This document shows, piece after piece, positions 17,999 to 26,702 of a stretch of DNA of 64,000 nt. Numbering within the stretch: position 1 is the first letter of the stretch; every line of letters begins with the position of its first letter. The stretch is from positions 1-64,000 of the IMG/VR virus record IMGVR_UViG_3300047476_001680. One strand, 5' to 3'. Source of the stretch: a virus. Below the pieces are notes generated by a model, which was not told the DNA's origin, did no database searches, and saw only the letters and a list, made by a program, of their open reading frames with translations. Position numbers and translations under genes: made by a program.

Positions 17999-18319
17999 AT
18001 GGCTAAATTACTTATCACCACCCAAGTCTACGAAAACTACGCCTGGCGCGAAGATGGTACTCTGGGCACTGGTGCTGATGCATACTGGAAGGCCAAAGGC
18101 GGTGACGAGTATGTGATTACTAAATTTAACGGTGACGACGACGCGGCTACTGCAATGGTAATGGCGGTGCGTGATCGGGTTGAAACGGATAATGACGGTT
18201 TCCGTGAGCATATTATTGATTGGGTAATTGTTGCTGACGACTACCTCACTGAGTTTGAGCGTGATCAGCTGGAGTACGAAGGCAAGATTACTTACCCTGC
18301 AAAAGAACTGGTAATTTAA
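17999..18319 (+). CDS. Small early hypothetical protein
   Basis: Directly behind cassette copy 1. Confidence 0.75.
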   Translation: MAKLLITTQVYENYAWREDGTLGTGADAYWKAKGGDEYVITKFNGDDDAATAMVMAVRDRVETDNDGFREHIIDWVIVADDYLTEFERDQLEYEGKITYPAKELVI

Positions 18320-18329
18320 GGAGAATATT

Positions 18330-18554
18330 ATGAGAATAGCACACGATTTTGGTTTGGTGCGCATCGTGCACGACGGTGACCCAATGTCCAAGGCATATGA
18401 CATCCGTGTAGAATGGATGCAAAATGGTCAGTGGGAATTGTATCACGGTTTCAACAGTCTGAGTGACGACTATGCCTACACTAATTCTCGCGAAGCAGCT
18501 GGCCGTGCTGTTGCTAAACTAGCAAAAGAAGTTGCTGAAACCGCAACAAAATAA
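18330..18554 (+). CDS. Small early hypothetical protein
   Basis: AAGGAG SD. Confidence 0.7.
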   Translation: MRIAHDFGLVRIVHDGDPMSKAYDIRVEWMQNGQWELYHGFNSLSDDYAYTNSREAAGRAVAKLAKEVAETATK

Positions 18555-18612
18555 TCTGGTTGACATTAACCCCCAGATCGGCTATAATGGCGGTATAGTA
18601 ACTAACAAGGAG
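18543..18612 (+). repeat. Promoter-RBS cassette, copy 2
   Basis: TTGACA-17-TATAAT...AAGGAG; ungapped alignment with copy 1. Confidence 0.85.
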
Positions 18613-18620
18613 TGTAAGAA

Positions 18621-19046
18621 ATGGCATACGTTTCCCAGGAACTCAAGGCAAAGCTGGCACCTGCTATTAAAGCAATTTGCAAGAAATACAACATCAAGGC
18701 CAGCCTGGCTGTTGGTAATCACAGTACCTTGGTTTTGAATGTCAAACAGGGTGATATCGATTTTATCGAAAACTTTATTGCCACAGACAAGGCAAAACCC
18801 TATTCAAAGTATATGGAAGACAGACAGGTTGAATTTCTGCGCAAAAATCAATCTCTGGATGTCAATGTGTACTGGTACAAAGAGCACTTCTCAGGTCGTG
18901 CACTGGAGTTTCTTGATGAGGTGATTCCTGCGATGAATGACGGTAACTGGGACAAGAGTGATATTCAGTCTGACTACTTTAACATAGGCTGGTATGTGTC
19001 CGTTAACGTGGGCAAATGGAACAAGCCCTATGCCCTGGTCAAATAA
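18621..19046 (+). CDS. Small early hypothetical protein
   Basis: Directly behind cassette copy 2. Confidence 0.75.
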   Translation: MAYVSQELKAKLAPAIKAICKKYNIKASLAVGNHSTLVLNVKQGDIDFIENFIATDKAKPYSKYMEDRQVEFLRKNQSLDVNVYWYKEHFSGRALEFLDEVIPAMNDGNWDKSDIQSDYFNIGWYVSVNVGKWNKPYALVK

Positions 19047-19060
19047 CACAAGGAAATAAA

Positions 19061-19237
19061 ATGACTCCCGATTACTCCCCCAAGTTTTATCAAAATTCTG
19101 GTTCCGGCCAGAAGGTACAAATAACCGAGCTTCTGAATAACCTAAACCAAATCCAACTTGATATGATTGATCAGGCTGTGGAATACAGTGACCTCGACAA
19201 GGCCAAGGAAGTCATTGACTATATCCGCAGTCTGTAA
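19061..19237 (+). CDS. Hypothetical protein
   Basis: AAGGA before ATG 19061. Confidence 0.55.
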   Translation: MTPDYSPKFYQNSGSGQKVQITELLNNLNQIQLDMIDQAVEYSDLDKAKEVIDYIRSL

Positions 19238-19243
19238 TATAAT
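19215..19243 (+). promoter_or_regulatory. Sigma70-type promoter
   Basis: TTGACT-17-TATAAT upstream of the MoxR gene. Confidence 0.65.
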
Positions 19244-19289
19244 TTGTCTTGTAATTACTTCAACTTAATATAGTTTTTAGGAGAGCTAG

Positions 19290-20399
19290 ATGGCTAAAGA
19301 ATCAGCAGTGACTGACCGCCGCACTGTTACCTCGGAATCAGCACGTCGCAGTATTATTACCTGTTTTAAACGTAAACGTCCGGTTTTTCTCTGGGGGCCT
19401 CCGGGTATTGGTAAATCGGAATTGGTGGCTAGTATTGCAGAGGAACTGGGCGGTGCTATGATTGACCTGCGCCTGGCGCAGATGGAACCCACAGACCTTC
19501 GTGGTATTCCTTACTTTAATAAAGACAATGGTTTGATGGACTGGGCTCCTCCCATTGATCTTCCTGACGAAGAATTTGCCAGCCAACATCCCATTGTGGT
19601 GTTGTTCCTGGATGAGATGAACTCTGCTGCACCTAGTATTCAGGCCGCGGCCTATCAGCTGGTTCTAAATCGTCGTATTGGCAAATATGTACTACCTGAC
19701 AATGTGGTCGTGATTGCTGCGGGCAACCGTGAAAGCGACAAGGGTGTTACTTATCGTATGCCTGCTCCGCTGGCCAACCGTTTTGTGCACTTGGAGATGC
19801 GTGTGGATCACGAATCCTGGCAGAACTGGGCGGTGTTGAACAAGGTGCACAAGGACGTGGTTGGTTATGTGGGTTTTGCCAAACAAGACCTCTATGACTT
19901 TGACCCACGCTCTAGCTCACGTAGTTTTGCCACACCACGTAGCTGGACCTTTGTGAGTGAGTTGCTGGAGGAAAAACTCAGCGACAGCGAAATGACTGAC
20001 CTGGTGGCTGGTGCTGTGGGCGAAGGTGTCGCAGTTAAGTTTATGGCACACCGCAAGGTCGCCGGTCAGATGCCCAAGCCCAGCGAGATTCTCAAGGGCG
20101 AAGTCACAGAGCTCAAGGTCAAGGAAATTAGTGCAATGTATTCTCTAACCATTGCAATGTGCTACGAACTACAAGAAGCTGCACTCAAGCTGGAGAACAA
20201 GCCTGATCAGAACTGGCATTCAATGGCAGATAATTTCTTTAAGTTTATGATGGATAACTTTACCACAGAGCTTACTGTTATGGGTGCGCGAGTTGCGCTT
20301 ACTACCTATAACCTGCCCTTCGTGCCTGGTAAACTCAAGAACTTTGACGAGTTCCACAAACGATTTGGTAAGTACATTGTAGCAGCAAGTCAGAAATAA
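19290..20399 (+). CDS. MoxR-family AAA+ ATPase
   Basis: GPPGIGKS, LFLDE, AAGNR, LANRF and TPRSW motifs. Confidence 0.9.
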   Translation: MAKESAVTDRRTVTSESARRSIITCFKRKRPVFLWGPPGIGKSELVASIAEELGGAMIDLRLAQMEPTDLRGIPYFNKDNGLMDWAPPIDLPDEEFASQHPIVVLFLDEMNSAAPSIQAAAYQLVLNRRIGKYVLPDNVVVIAAGNRESDKGVTYRMPAPLANRFVHLEMRVDHESWQNWAVLNKVHKDVVGYVGFAKQDLYDFDPRSSSRSFATPRSWTFVSELLEEKLSDSEMTDLVAGAVGEGVAVKFMAHRKVAGQMPKPSEILKGEVTELKVKEISAMYSLTIAMCYELQEAALKLENKPDQNWHSMADNFFKFMMDNFTTELTVMGARVALTTYNLPFVPGKLKNFDEFHKRFGKYIVAASQK

Positions 20400-20423
20400 A
20401 GTTGGGGGCGCAAGCCCCCAACT
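20400..20423. terminator. GC-rich hairpin with GCAA tetraloop (terminator or mRNA-stabilising stem)
   Basis: AGTTGGGGGC-GCAA-GCCCCCAACT right after the MoxR stop; a U-tract follows only on the - strand. Confidence 0.55.
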
Positions 20424-20430
20424 CACCTAG

Positions 20431-20736
20431 ATGAAATACAAAATAGAAACATTGGACGCTAGACACAATGGATTCGGAAGTTGGAAGTATCGAATTCGTT
20501 TTAAAGACATTAGCTCAGTCAACGTAAGAAATTTTCACAGAATTAGACGATGGTTATGGGAATGTTATGGTCCAGGCTGCGAACGTGACCTGTACCTAGA
20601 GTGGCAAATGGCCTGCAAAGGATATGAAGTGGCTGAAGCAGTGTGGGGTTGGCATTCCGACGACGGTCAAAAATTTATCTATCTCAGAGACGATGCCATA
20701 ATGAGTTCGATCATACTCCAGTTTGACCCTAATTGA
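20431..20736 (+). CDS. Hypothetical protein
   Basis: 101-aa Trp-rich ORF between MoxR and VWA genes. Confidence 0.6.
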   Translation: MKYKIETLDARHNGFGSWKYRIRFKDISSVNVRNFHRIRRWLWECYGPGCERDLYLEWQMACKGYEVAEAVWGWHSDDGQKFIYLRDDAIMSSIILQFDPN

Positions 20737-20761
20737 CATTAACCCAGAGCCGTCGTATAAT
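20733..20761 (+). promoter_or_regulatory. Sigma70-type promoter
   Basis: TTGACA-17-TATAAT; shares TTGACATTAACCC with cassette copy 2. Confidence 0.75.
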
Positions 20762-20792
20762 ACATATATAAGTTAACACAAAGGACAAACAT

Positions 20793-22079
20793 ATGAGCTC
20801 TCAAGGCACAACTGCTGCAAAAGGTTCTACTAAAAAAACTAAACCCAAAAATGGTGGTAAATTGAGTGACACCATTGACACTAGGCTGGACGCCATTGTG
20901 CGTGAAAAATTGGTCACTGCACGAATTGGTCTTCTGCTTCGTGCGCCCTTCTTCGGCAACCTGGCCACTCGTCTACAATTGGTCAACGGAGATAGCTGGC
21001 TGACTACCGCAGCCACTGACGGCCGTAACTTTTATTACAACACTGATTTTATCAACAAACTCAAGGCCAAGGAAGTAGAGTTCCTGTTTGGTCACGAGGT
21101 ATTACACAATGTCTATGACCACCTGGGTCGTGTGGGTCTTGACCGTGATCCAATGTTGTTTAATTGTGCCGCGGACTTCTGTGTCAATAGTGACCTAGTG
21201 GATCAGCGTATTGGAGACCGTATCAATCCCTGTCTGTACGACCAAAAGTATCGTGGCTGGAGCGCCGAGGAAGTCTACGACGATCTCTACGAAAAAGCAG
21301 AGAAAATTGATATCAACCAGCTAGTGGAACAGATGCTGGATGAACACCTTGACGCAGATGGTCAGGGTGACGAGGATGAAGACGGCAAAGGCCGCCCCAA
21401 GATTAGTCCTGGAGAACGTGATGCTATTCGTGACGAAATTCGAGAGGCACTGCTACAGGCCGCCCAGGCTGTGGGTGCAGGTAATCTACCAGCTGGGGTT
21501 AAACGTCTAATCAAGGACCTTACCAAGCCTGTGGTTAACTGGCGTGAACTTCTGGAACAACAGATCCAGAGTACTATTAAAGATGACTTTAGCTGGATGA
21601 AGCCCAATCGTCGTGGTTGGCATATGGATGCAGTGATGCCCGGTCTAAAACCCGGCACACAGATTGATATCTGCGTGGCCATTGACACATCTGGTAGTAT
21701 TGGTGAGGCAGACATCAAGGCCTTTATGAGCGAGATCAAGGGCATTATGGAATCCTACGATGAATATCGTATCCAGGTCTGGAGTTTTGATACTGCGATC
21801 TATAACCATCAAGAGTTTAGTTCGGACAATATGGACGACATCACCAGCTACGAACCCAAGGGTGGTGGTGGCACTGACTTTATGGCCAACTGGCATTATA
21901 TGAAGGAAAACAATATTGAACCCAAAAAGTTCATTATGTTTACCGACGGTATGCCCTTTGGTGAATGGGGTGATCCTGACTACTGCGACACTGTGTTTGT
22001 GATCAAGGGCAACGAAAATGCCGAACCTCCGTTTGGTGTCTGGGCTATCTATGAACGAGCCAAAGCACTTGCCAGCTGA
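20793..22079 (+). CDS. Zincin-like metallopeptidase plus VWA domain (DUF2201-like)
   Basis: TAATDG, HEVLH, MIDAS DTSGS, GGGGTDF and FTDG motifs. Confidence 0.85.
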   Translation: MSSQGTTAAKGSTKKTKPKNGGKLSDTIDTRLDAIVREKLVTARIGLLLRAPFFGNLATRLQLVNGDSWLTTAATDGRNFYYNTDFINKLKAKEVEFLFGHEVLHNVYDHLGRVGLDRDPMLFNCAADFCVNSDLVDQRIGDRINPCLYDQKYRGWSAEEVYDDLYEKAEKIDINQLVEQMLDEHLDADGQGDEDEDGKGRPKISPGERDAIRDEIREALLQAAQAVGAGNLPAGVKRLIKDLTKPVVNWRELLEQQIQSTIKDDFSWMKPNRRGWHMDAVMPGLKPGTQIDICVAIDTSGSIGEADIKAFMSEIKGIMESYDEYRIQVWSFDTAIYNHQEFSSDNMDDITSYEPKGGGGTDFMANWHYMKENNIEPKKFIMFTDGMPFGEWGDPDYCDTVFVIKGNENAEPPFGVWAIYERAKALAS

Positions 22080-22404
22080 TCTTACTGAGCAAGAACGGTT
22101 GATTGAACAACTACGTGGTGTGCGCCACGTAGTTATCAACGCCAGATATGGTGGCTATGAACTGAGTGACGAGGCCATTAGTCGTTACAAAGAACAGGCT
22201 GGTATTCAAGACCCTGATTGGTCTATCTACGATGTGCCACGGGATGACAACTATTTGGTTAATATTGTGAGAGAACTGGGCGAAGAAGCAGATGGGCGAC
22301 TTGCTCGTCTAAAAATTGTAGAAATACCTGCTGATGTAGACTGGATCATACAAGAGTATGATGGCATCGAATGGGTAGCAGAACGTCATAGAACCTGGAG
22401 TTAA
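22051..22404 (+). CDS. Hypothetical phage protein
   Basis: VVINARYGGY...IQEYDGIEWVAERHRTW. Confidence 0.65.
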   Translation: MNEPKHLPADLTEQERLIEQLRGVRHVVINARYGGYELSDEAISRYKEQAGIQDPDWSIYDVPRDDNYLVNIVRELGEEADGRLARLKIVEIPADVDWIIQEYDGIEWVAERHRTWS

Positions 22405-22405
22405 A

Positions 22406-22702
22406 TTGTTAAAACACGGAGAAATTAATCCCCTAAATGTTTTTGGTCTCAGAGAGACCGAACACTGTCCCCCTCACTTTCAACAAATCATTTTTGACAG
22501 CAAAGTTCCAGACAAGCAAATACGTGACTGGATCTATGAGAATTTGTCAGAAAGATTTTGGCTGGGAGATCTCTATACAGTGGATCAACCTGGTAGCAAA
22601 ATAGAAATTAAAAAATGCGCTGCTTTTGAGTCCCACGCCGAGGCTAGTTTTTTTGCCCTGCTACTAGACCAAATTAATACGTATGGTGGTCTTCTGTCAT
22701 AA
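22406..22702 (+). CDS. Hypothetical protein
   Basis: GGAG SD with TTG start. Confidence 0.6.
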   Translation: MLKHGEINPLNVFGLRETEHCPPHFQQIIFDSKVPDKQIRDWIYENLSERFWLGDLYTVDQPGSKIEIKKCAAFESHAEASFFALLLDQINTYGGLLS

Positions 22703-22726
22703 AAAAATTCCTAGCGGATCTAGACG

Positions 22727-22733
22727 TTAAATA
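22727..22733 (+). promoter_or_regulatory. Candidate late promoter TTAAATA
   Basis: Intergenic, 25 nt before ATG 22758. Confidence 0.5.
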
Positions 22734-22757
22734 ATAGTACATAATCAAGGAATTTTT

Positions 22758-23060
22758 ATGGTGTACGAAAAAATGTATGAGAATCACGATCAAGAATCTG
22801 CGCAGGATACTCAACAACCTGCGGCAGGTAATACCCCAGCTTCTTTGCAGATCAACGATCTAGTCAAGGTATTAGAGATACTAGATGTTGTCAGCAAGCG
22901 CGGTGCCATCAAGGCGGACGAATTTGAAATCGTGGGCGGTGTGTATGCTCGTATTTTTGAGTTTTTAAAAAATACAGGTGTAATTCAAGAAAGAAATTCA
23001 GATGAGTCAGCTATAGCTGAAGGTGGCACTGAAGAGCAAGAATCAAATCAGGAAGGATAA
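22758..23060 (+). CDS. Hypothetical protein
   Basis: AAGGA SD; 100 aa. Confidence 0.65.
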   Translation: MVYEKMYENHDQESAQDTQQPAAGNTPASLQINDLVKVLEILDVVSKRGAIKADEFEIVGGVYARIFEFLKNTGVIQERNSDESAIAEGGTEEQESNQEG

Positions 23061-23064
23061 TATT

Positions 23065-23745
23065 ATGATCAAGCACGTAGGCAGACACGGAAATCGTCGC
23101 TGTGTGGTTTTATTTAGACAAGTACCAGGAGAAGACCATATGTGTTTAGTCTTTTATCCTGATATGCTACCTCAAAATGTGCACGATGACATTATGAAGG
23201 CACTGGAAAGCGAAGCCGGTCAACAGGCAAAACAATTCAGCGACTATCTTTTTAGAGTGACTCTAATAGATGGTACCAATGCCCTGACTAAACTTCACAG
23301 TGAAGGCTGGATTAAAAAAGTGGCCACAAACCAAGTAATTGTCACACCCAATGCCAAGAGCAATGTTCGTCTAGATGAACTCAACAATATCTTGAACACA
23401 ATGGAACAGGGTGACGAGGCAGTGAAAAAACTCGCAGAGCTAGATAAAAATGCTGGGTTTAAAGACTCTAAGTCTCAGTCAAGAGATCTAGGAGAAGTAA
23501 GAGCACCACAAGGTAGCAGTCAACCAGCTGTAGTCGAAAATAACATAAGTATTAGTGATGTGCTAACAGACGAGCAACTAGCCAGTCAACGTTTAGCTCA
23601 AGCACAAAGAATGACTACAGAAGCTAAACAACTTTTAGCAGAAGCGGCACGTCTGCAAAAGGAGGCGGCGGAACTACAAGGGGCTACTACAGAAAATGTC
23701 ACAACAAAAACCAAAAAAACCAAAGCAGACCAAGTTAAATCTTAA
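23065..23745 (+). CDS. Hypothetical phage protein with C-terminal coiled coil
   Basis: AAGGA before ATG 23065. Confidence 0.7.
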   Translation: MIKHVGRHGNRRCVVLFRQVPGEDHMCLVFYPDMLPQNVHDDIMKALESEAGQQAKQFSDYLFRVTLIDGTNALTKLHSEGWIKKVATNQVIVTPNAKSNVRLDELNNILNTMEQGDEAVKKLAELDKNAGFKDSKSQSRDLGEVRAPQGSSQPAVVENNISISDVLTDEQLASQRLAQAQRMTTEAKQLLAEAARLQKEAAELQGATTENVTTKTKKTKADQVKS

Positions 23746-24031
23746 TAGCAAAAATCAGTGGAGAGCTATTCTTAAAGATGTAGACAAGCGTGAGGTGCCC
23801 ATACATATACTGGAAAGTTTAACTGTTCATCTTAAAGATGGCAGCAAGGTAGTTGTAGACATCAAACGCTTGTTGTCTGAAGGCGCAGATCCAGACGAAG
23901 TTGAACAAGAAGTCAATCAACGTCTTAAAGAGCTAGACCATTACATTGATAATGTAGATTTTTTTGTAGATATTGGTCTAGTGGAAGCAACTGTACAACC
24001 AATCACTGATAAAATTCTAGGTAAACTGTAA
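23696..24031 (+). CDS. Hypothetical protein
   Basis: 111-aa ORF in operon. Confidence 0.6.
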   Translation: MSQQKPKKPKQTKLNLNSKNQWRAILKDVDKREVPIHILESLTVHLKDGSKVVVDIKRLLSEGADPDEVEQEVNQRLKELDHYIDNVDFFVDIGLVEATVQPITDKILGKL

Positions 24032-24034
24032 TAA

Positions 24035-24544
24035 ATGATCAAAGCAATATTTGCTGTTGATGTCTGGGGTGGTATGGGCTATCAGGGCCATCTACCCTGG
24101 CCTCACCATCGTGAAGATATGAAATACTTTCAGGGACACACAATGAACAACATTGTGGTGATGGGTAGACGTACCTGGGACGATCCGCAATTACCCAAGC
24201 CGCTTAACGGCAGAATCTGCTACGTGGCCACCAATAGAAGTATGGTGGGCCAACCAGCCAATGTTATATCTGGTGACCTTAATTATCAGATCAAACAGCT
24301 AGCAGATAATAACCCTGACAAGACTGTCTGGATTATTGGCGGTCCTGATATACTGATGGAAACTCGAGAGATCACTGATGAAGTTCATATTACTCATTTT
24401 AAAGGCCAATACAGAACTGACCGCAGCATAGATCTCAGAAAGTACTTGACTCTATTCAGAGTCACCAGTGCCAAGCCCAGTGTGGATGGACGTTGTAACT
24501 GGATGACATACAAAAACATTGACATTTTTAGGTCAGCACTTTAA
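24035..24544 (+). CDS. folA: Dihydrofolate reductase
   Basis: LPWP, DMKYF, VVMGRRTW, PLNGR and WIIGG motifs. Confidence 0.92.
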   Translation: MIKAIFAVDVWGGMGYQGHLPWPHHREDMKYFQGHTMNNIVVMGRRTWDDPQLPKPLNGRICYVATNRSMVGQPANVISGDLNYQIKQLADNNPDKTVWIIGGPDILMETREITDEVHITHFKGQYRTDRSIDLRKYLTLFRVTSAKPSVDGRCNWMTYKNIDIFRSAL

Positions 24545-24547
24545 AAT
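24519..24547 (+). promoter_or_regulatory. Sigma70 promoter giving a leaderless thyA mRNA
   Basis: TTGACA-17-TAAAAT; ATG 7 nt downstream, no SD. Confidence 0.6.
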
Positions 24548-24553
24548 TACACT

Positions 24554-25468
24554 ATGGACATTTATTTAAACGCTCTACGGCACGTACTAGAGAACGGCAA
24601 ACCACGAGCTGATCGCACAGGCGTGGGCACCATTGGTGTATTTGGTATGCAACAAAGATATAATCTTGCTGACGGCTTCCCCGCAGTTACTACAAAGAAA
24701 CTTGCCTGGAAAGCCTGTGTGGGAGAACTCCTTTGGTTTATAGAAGGTTCAGGTGATGAACGCAGACTTGCAGAGATCACCCACGGTACTAGGGATGGCA
24801 CAGTGACTATCTGGACTCCCAATGCCCTGGCACCTTACTGGCGGCCGAAAGCCAAATACGAAGGCGACCTAGGCCGTGTATACGGTGTGCAATGGCGCCA
24901 CTGGCGTAAGCTTAAACCCAGAGAGGCTGATGGAACATTTAAAGATGGTTTTGGTACTTCATATCGTAGAATAGGTAATAATGTAGAAGTAGTTGAGGTA
25001 GATCAACTTAAGAATCTAATCGAGGGCATCAAAACAGATCCATACGGCAGGCGACATATATTAACAGCCTGGAACCCCGGGGAGCTAGACTCAATGGCAC
25101 TGCCTCCCTGTCATTGCTTTGCACAGTTTTATGTAGAAGATGGCAAACTAAGTTGCCAGATGTATCAGCGTAGCTGCGATATGTTTCTGGGAGTGCCTTT
25201 CAACATTGCAAGTTACTCATTACTCACGCATATGATTGCACAGGTTTGTGGTTTGGGAGTGGGCGAGTTTGTTCACGTTCTCGGAGACGCACATATATAC
25301 AGTAATCATCTCGAGCAGGTAAAGGAACAACTGGAACGTGAGTCTCTGCCTGCCCCAGTTCTTAGACTTAATCCCGAGATAAAAGATATCACCAAATTCA
25401 CTATGGATGATATCTATCTAGGCAATTACAAATCGCACACCCCACTCAAGGCACCAATGGCAGTATGA
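24554..25468 (+). CDS. thyA: Thymidylate synthase
   Basis: DRTGVGT, ELLWF, MALPPCH, QRSCDMFLGVPFN and DAHIY motifs. Confidence 0.96.
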   Translation: MDIYLNALRHVLENGKPRADRTGVGTIGVFGMQQRYNLADGFPAVTTKKLAWKACVGELLWFIEGSGDERRLAEITHGTRDGTVTIWTPNALAPYWRPKAKYEGDLGRVYGVQWRHWRKLKPREADGTFKDGFGTSYRRIGNNVEVVEVDQLKNLIEGIKTDPYGRRHILTAWNPGELDSMALPPCHCFAQFYVEDGKLSCQMYQRSCDMFLGVPFNIASYSLLTHMIAQVCGLGVGEFVHVLGDAHIYSNHLEQVKEQLERESLPAPVLRLNPEIKDITKFTMDDIYLGNYKSHTPLKAPMAV

Positions 25469-25737
25469 CAAACAGTTCATCTTCATCTAATAGAGTCAAG
25501 GTAGTATTTGCTACTCTTAGACTGGCTGATGTTGAAGACCCGGAAATATACGCGGCAGGTCCTTTGATGGATTGGCAAAAAACAGAAATGGGACAATGGT
25601 GTATGGAGAATTCTCTAGATCAACCCCATTATACTATAATACAGGACTATGCTACCTGGGGGTATACTATCAAGGTATCGGGAATACTAATGGAAAAAGA
25701 CTTCACTTATTTTTCCCTGAAATGGGGGCAACAATGA
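25465..25737 (+). CDS. Hypothetical protein
   Basis: ATGA overlaps at both ends. Confidence 0.6.
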   Translation: MTNSSSSSNRVKVVFATLRLADVEDPEIYAAGPLMDWQKTEMGQWCMENSLDQPHYTIIQDYATWGYTIKVSGILMEKDFTYFSLKWGQQ

Positions 25738-26702
25738 AATTTATTGTAACTGGTGGTGCTGGTTTTATAGGTCATAATGTTGTTCGTCAACTTGAGGATC
25801 AAGGTCATAATTGTTTTATTGTTGACAATGTCACTGACTATGGTTTTTTAAACAATCAAGAACTTGAGTATCTTTATCGAGCAAGATCTAATAGAACTCG
25901 AGCTGGCGCTCATCACATTGATATAAGAGATTATAAATCACTTAGAGGATTTTTTAGTACTTTCGCTGTTGATTGCCACGCTGTAATACATCTAGCTAGT
26001 TTTCCAAGACAAAAAGTTGTTGGAAAAAATCCTATCTGGGGTAGTGAAGTGATGAGTACTGCACTTATTAATTTGCTGGAATTAACCAAGAGTTACCGTA
26101 TACCTAAATTTGTTTATATAAGCTCTAGTATGGTTTATGGAGACTTCAAGGACGATGTGAAAGAGGATGCTATATGTCGCCCACAGGGACAGTATGGTAT
26201 TATGAAACTTATGGGCGAGCATCTTGTACGTGACTATACAAGACAAGGACATTTTGATCACGTTATCATTAGGCCTAGTGCAGTCTACGGAGAATATGAC
26301 GTGGAGGATCGTGTGGTAAGTAAGTTTATGTTAAGTGCTCTACGTGGAGAGACTTTAAAAGTTAATGGGGCTGGTGAAACTCTTGACTTTACCTACGTGG
26401 AAGATGCTGCCAGTGGCATCGTGGCGGCTGCCACTAAACAAGCTGCCAATAATAAAACATATAACATCACAAAGAGTCACAGTTATAGTCTACTGGACGC
26501 GGCACGTATTGCTGTCGAGATCGCTGGTCGTGGTGAAATAGAGGTGCGTGACAGAGATCTAGACTTTCCCAGTCGCGGTGCCTTAAACATTGACGCAGCA
26601 CGTAGAGATCTTGGCTTTGACCCCAAGGTTGATGTGCGTGAGGGGTTTCAACGATATGCTGATTGGTTTAGGAGTAGTCCATATTGGAAAAACCTGATCT
26701 AA
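25734..26702 (+). CDS. NAD-dependent NDP-sugar epimerase/dehydratase
   Basis: TGGAGFIG, SSSMVYG, YGIMK (YxxxK) and DFTYVED motifs. Confidence 0.92.
   Translation: MKFIVTGGAGFIGHNVVRQLEDQGHNCFIVDNVTDYGFLNNQELEYLYRARSNRTRAGAHHIDIRDYKSLRGFFSTFAVDCHAVIHLASFPRQKVVGKNPIWGSEVMSTALINLLELTKSYRIPKFVYISSSMVYGDFKDDVKEDAICRPQGQYGIMKLMGEHLVRDYTRQGHFDHVIIRPSAVYGEYDVEDRVVSKFMLSALRGETLKVNGAGETLDFTYVEDAASGIVAAATKQAANNKTYNITKSHSYSLLDAARIAVEIAGRGEIEVRDRDLDFPSRGALNIDAARRDLGFDPKVDVREGFQRYADWFRSSPYWKNLI

Noticed and set aside
17921-18612. att sites or IS ends
   Set aside because: Conservation tracks promoter and SD elements; no integrase or transposase is nearby.
17934-18738. ORFs 17934-18116 and 18532-18738 with similar N-termini
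   Set aside because: The similarity comes from translating the promoter repeat; both overlap better-supported genes.
24890-25010. Intron or intein in thyA
   Set aside because: Only a short in-frame loop insertion, with no splicing motifs or homing endonuclease.
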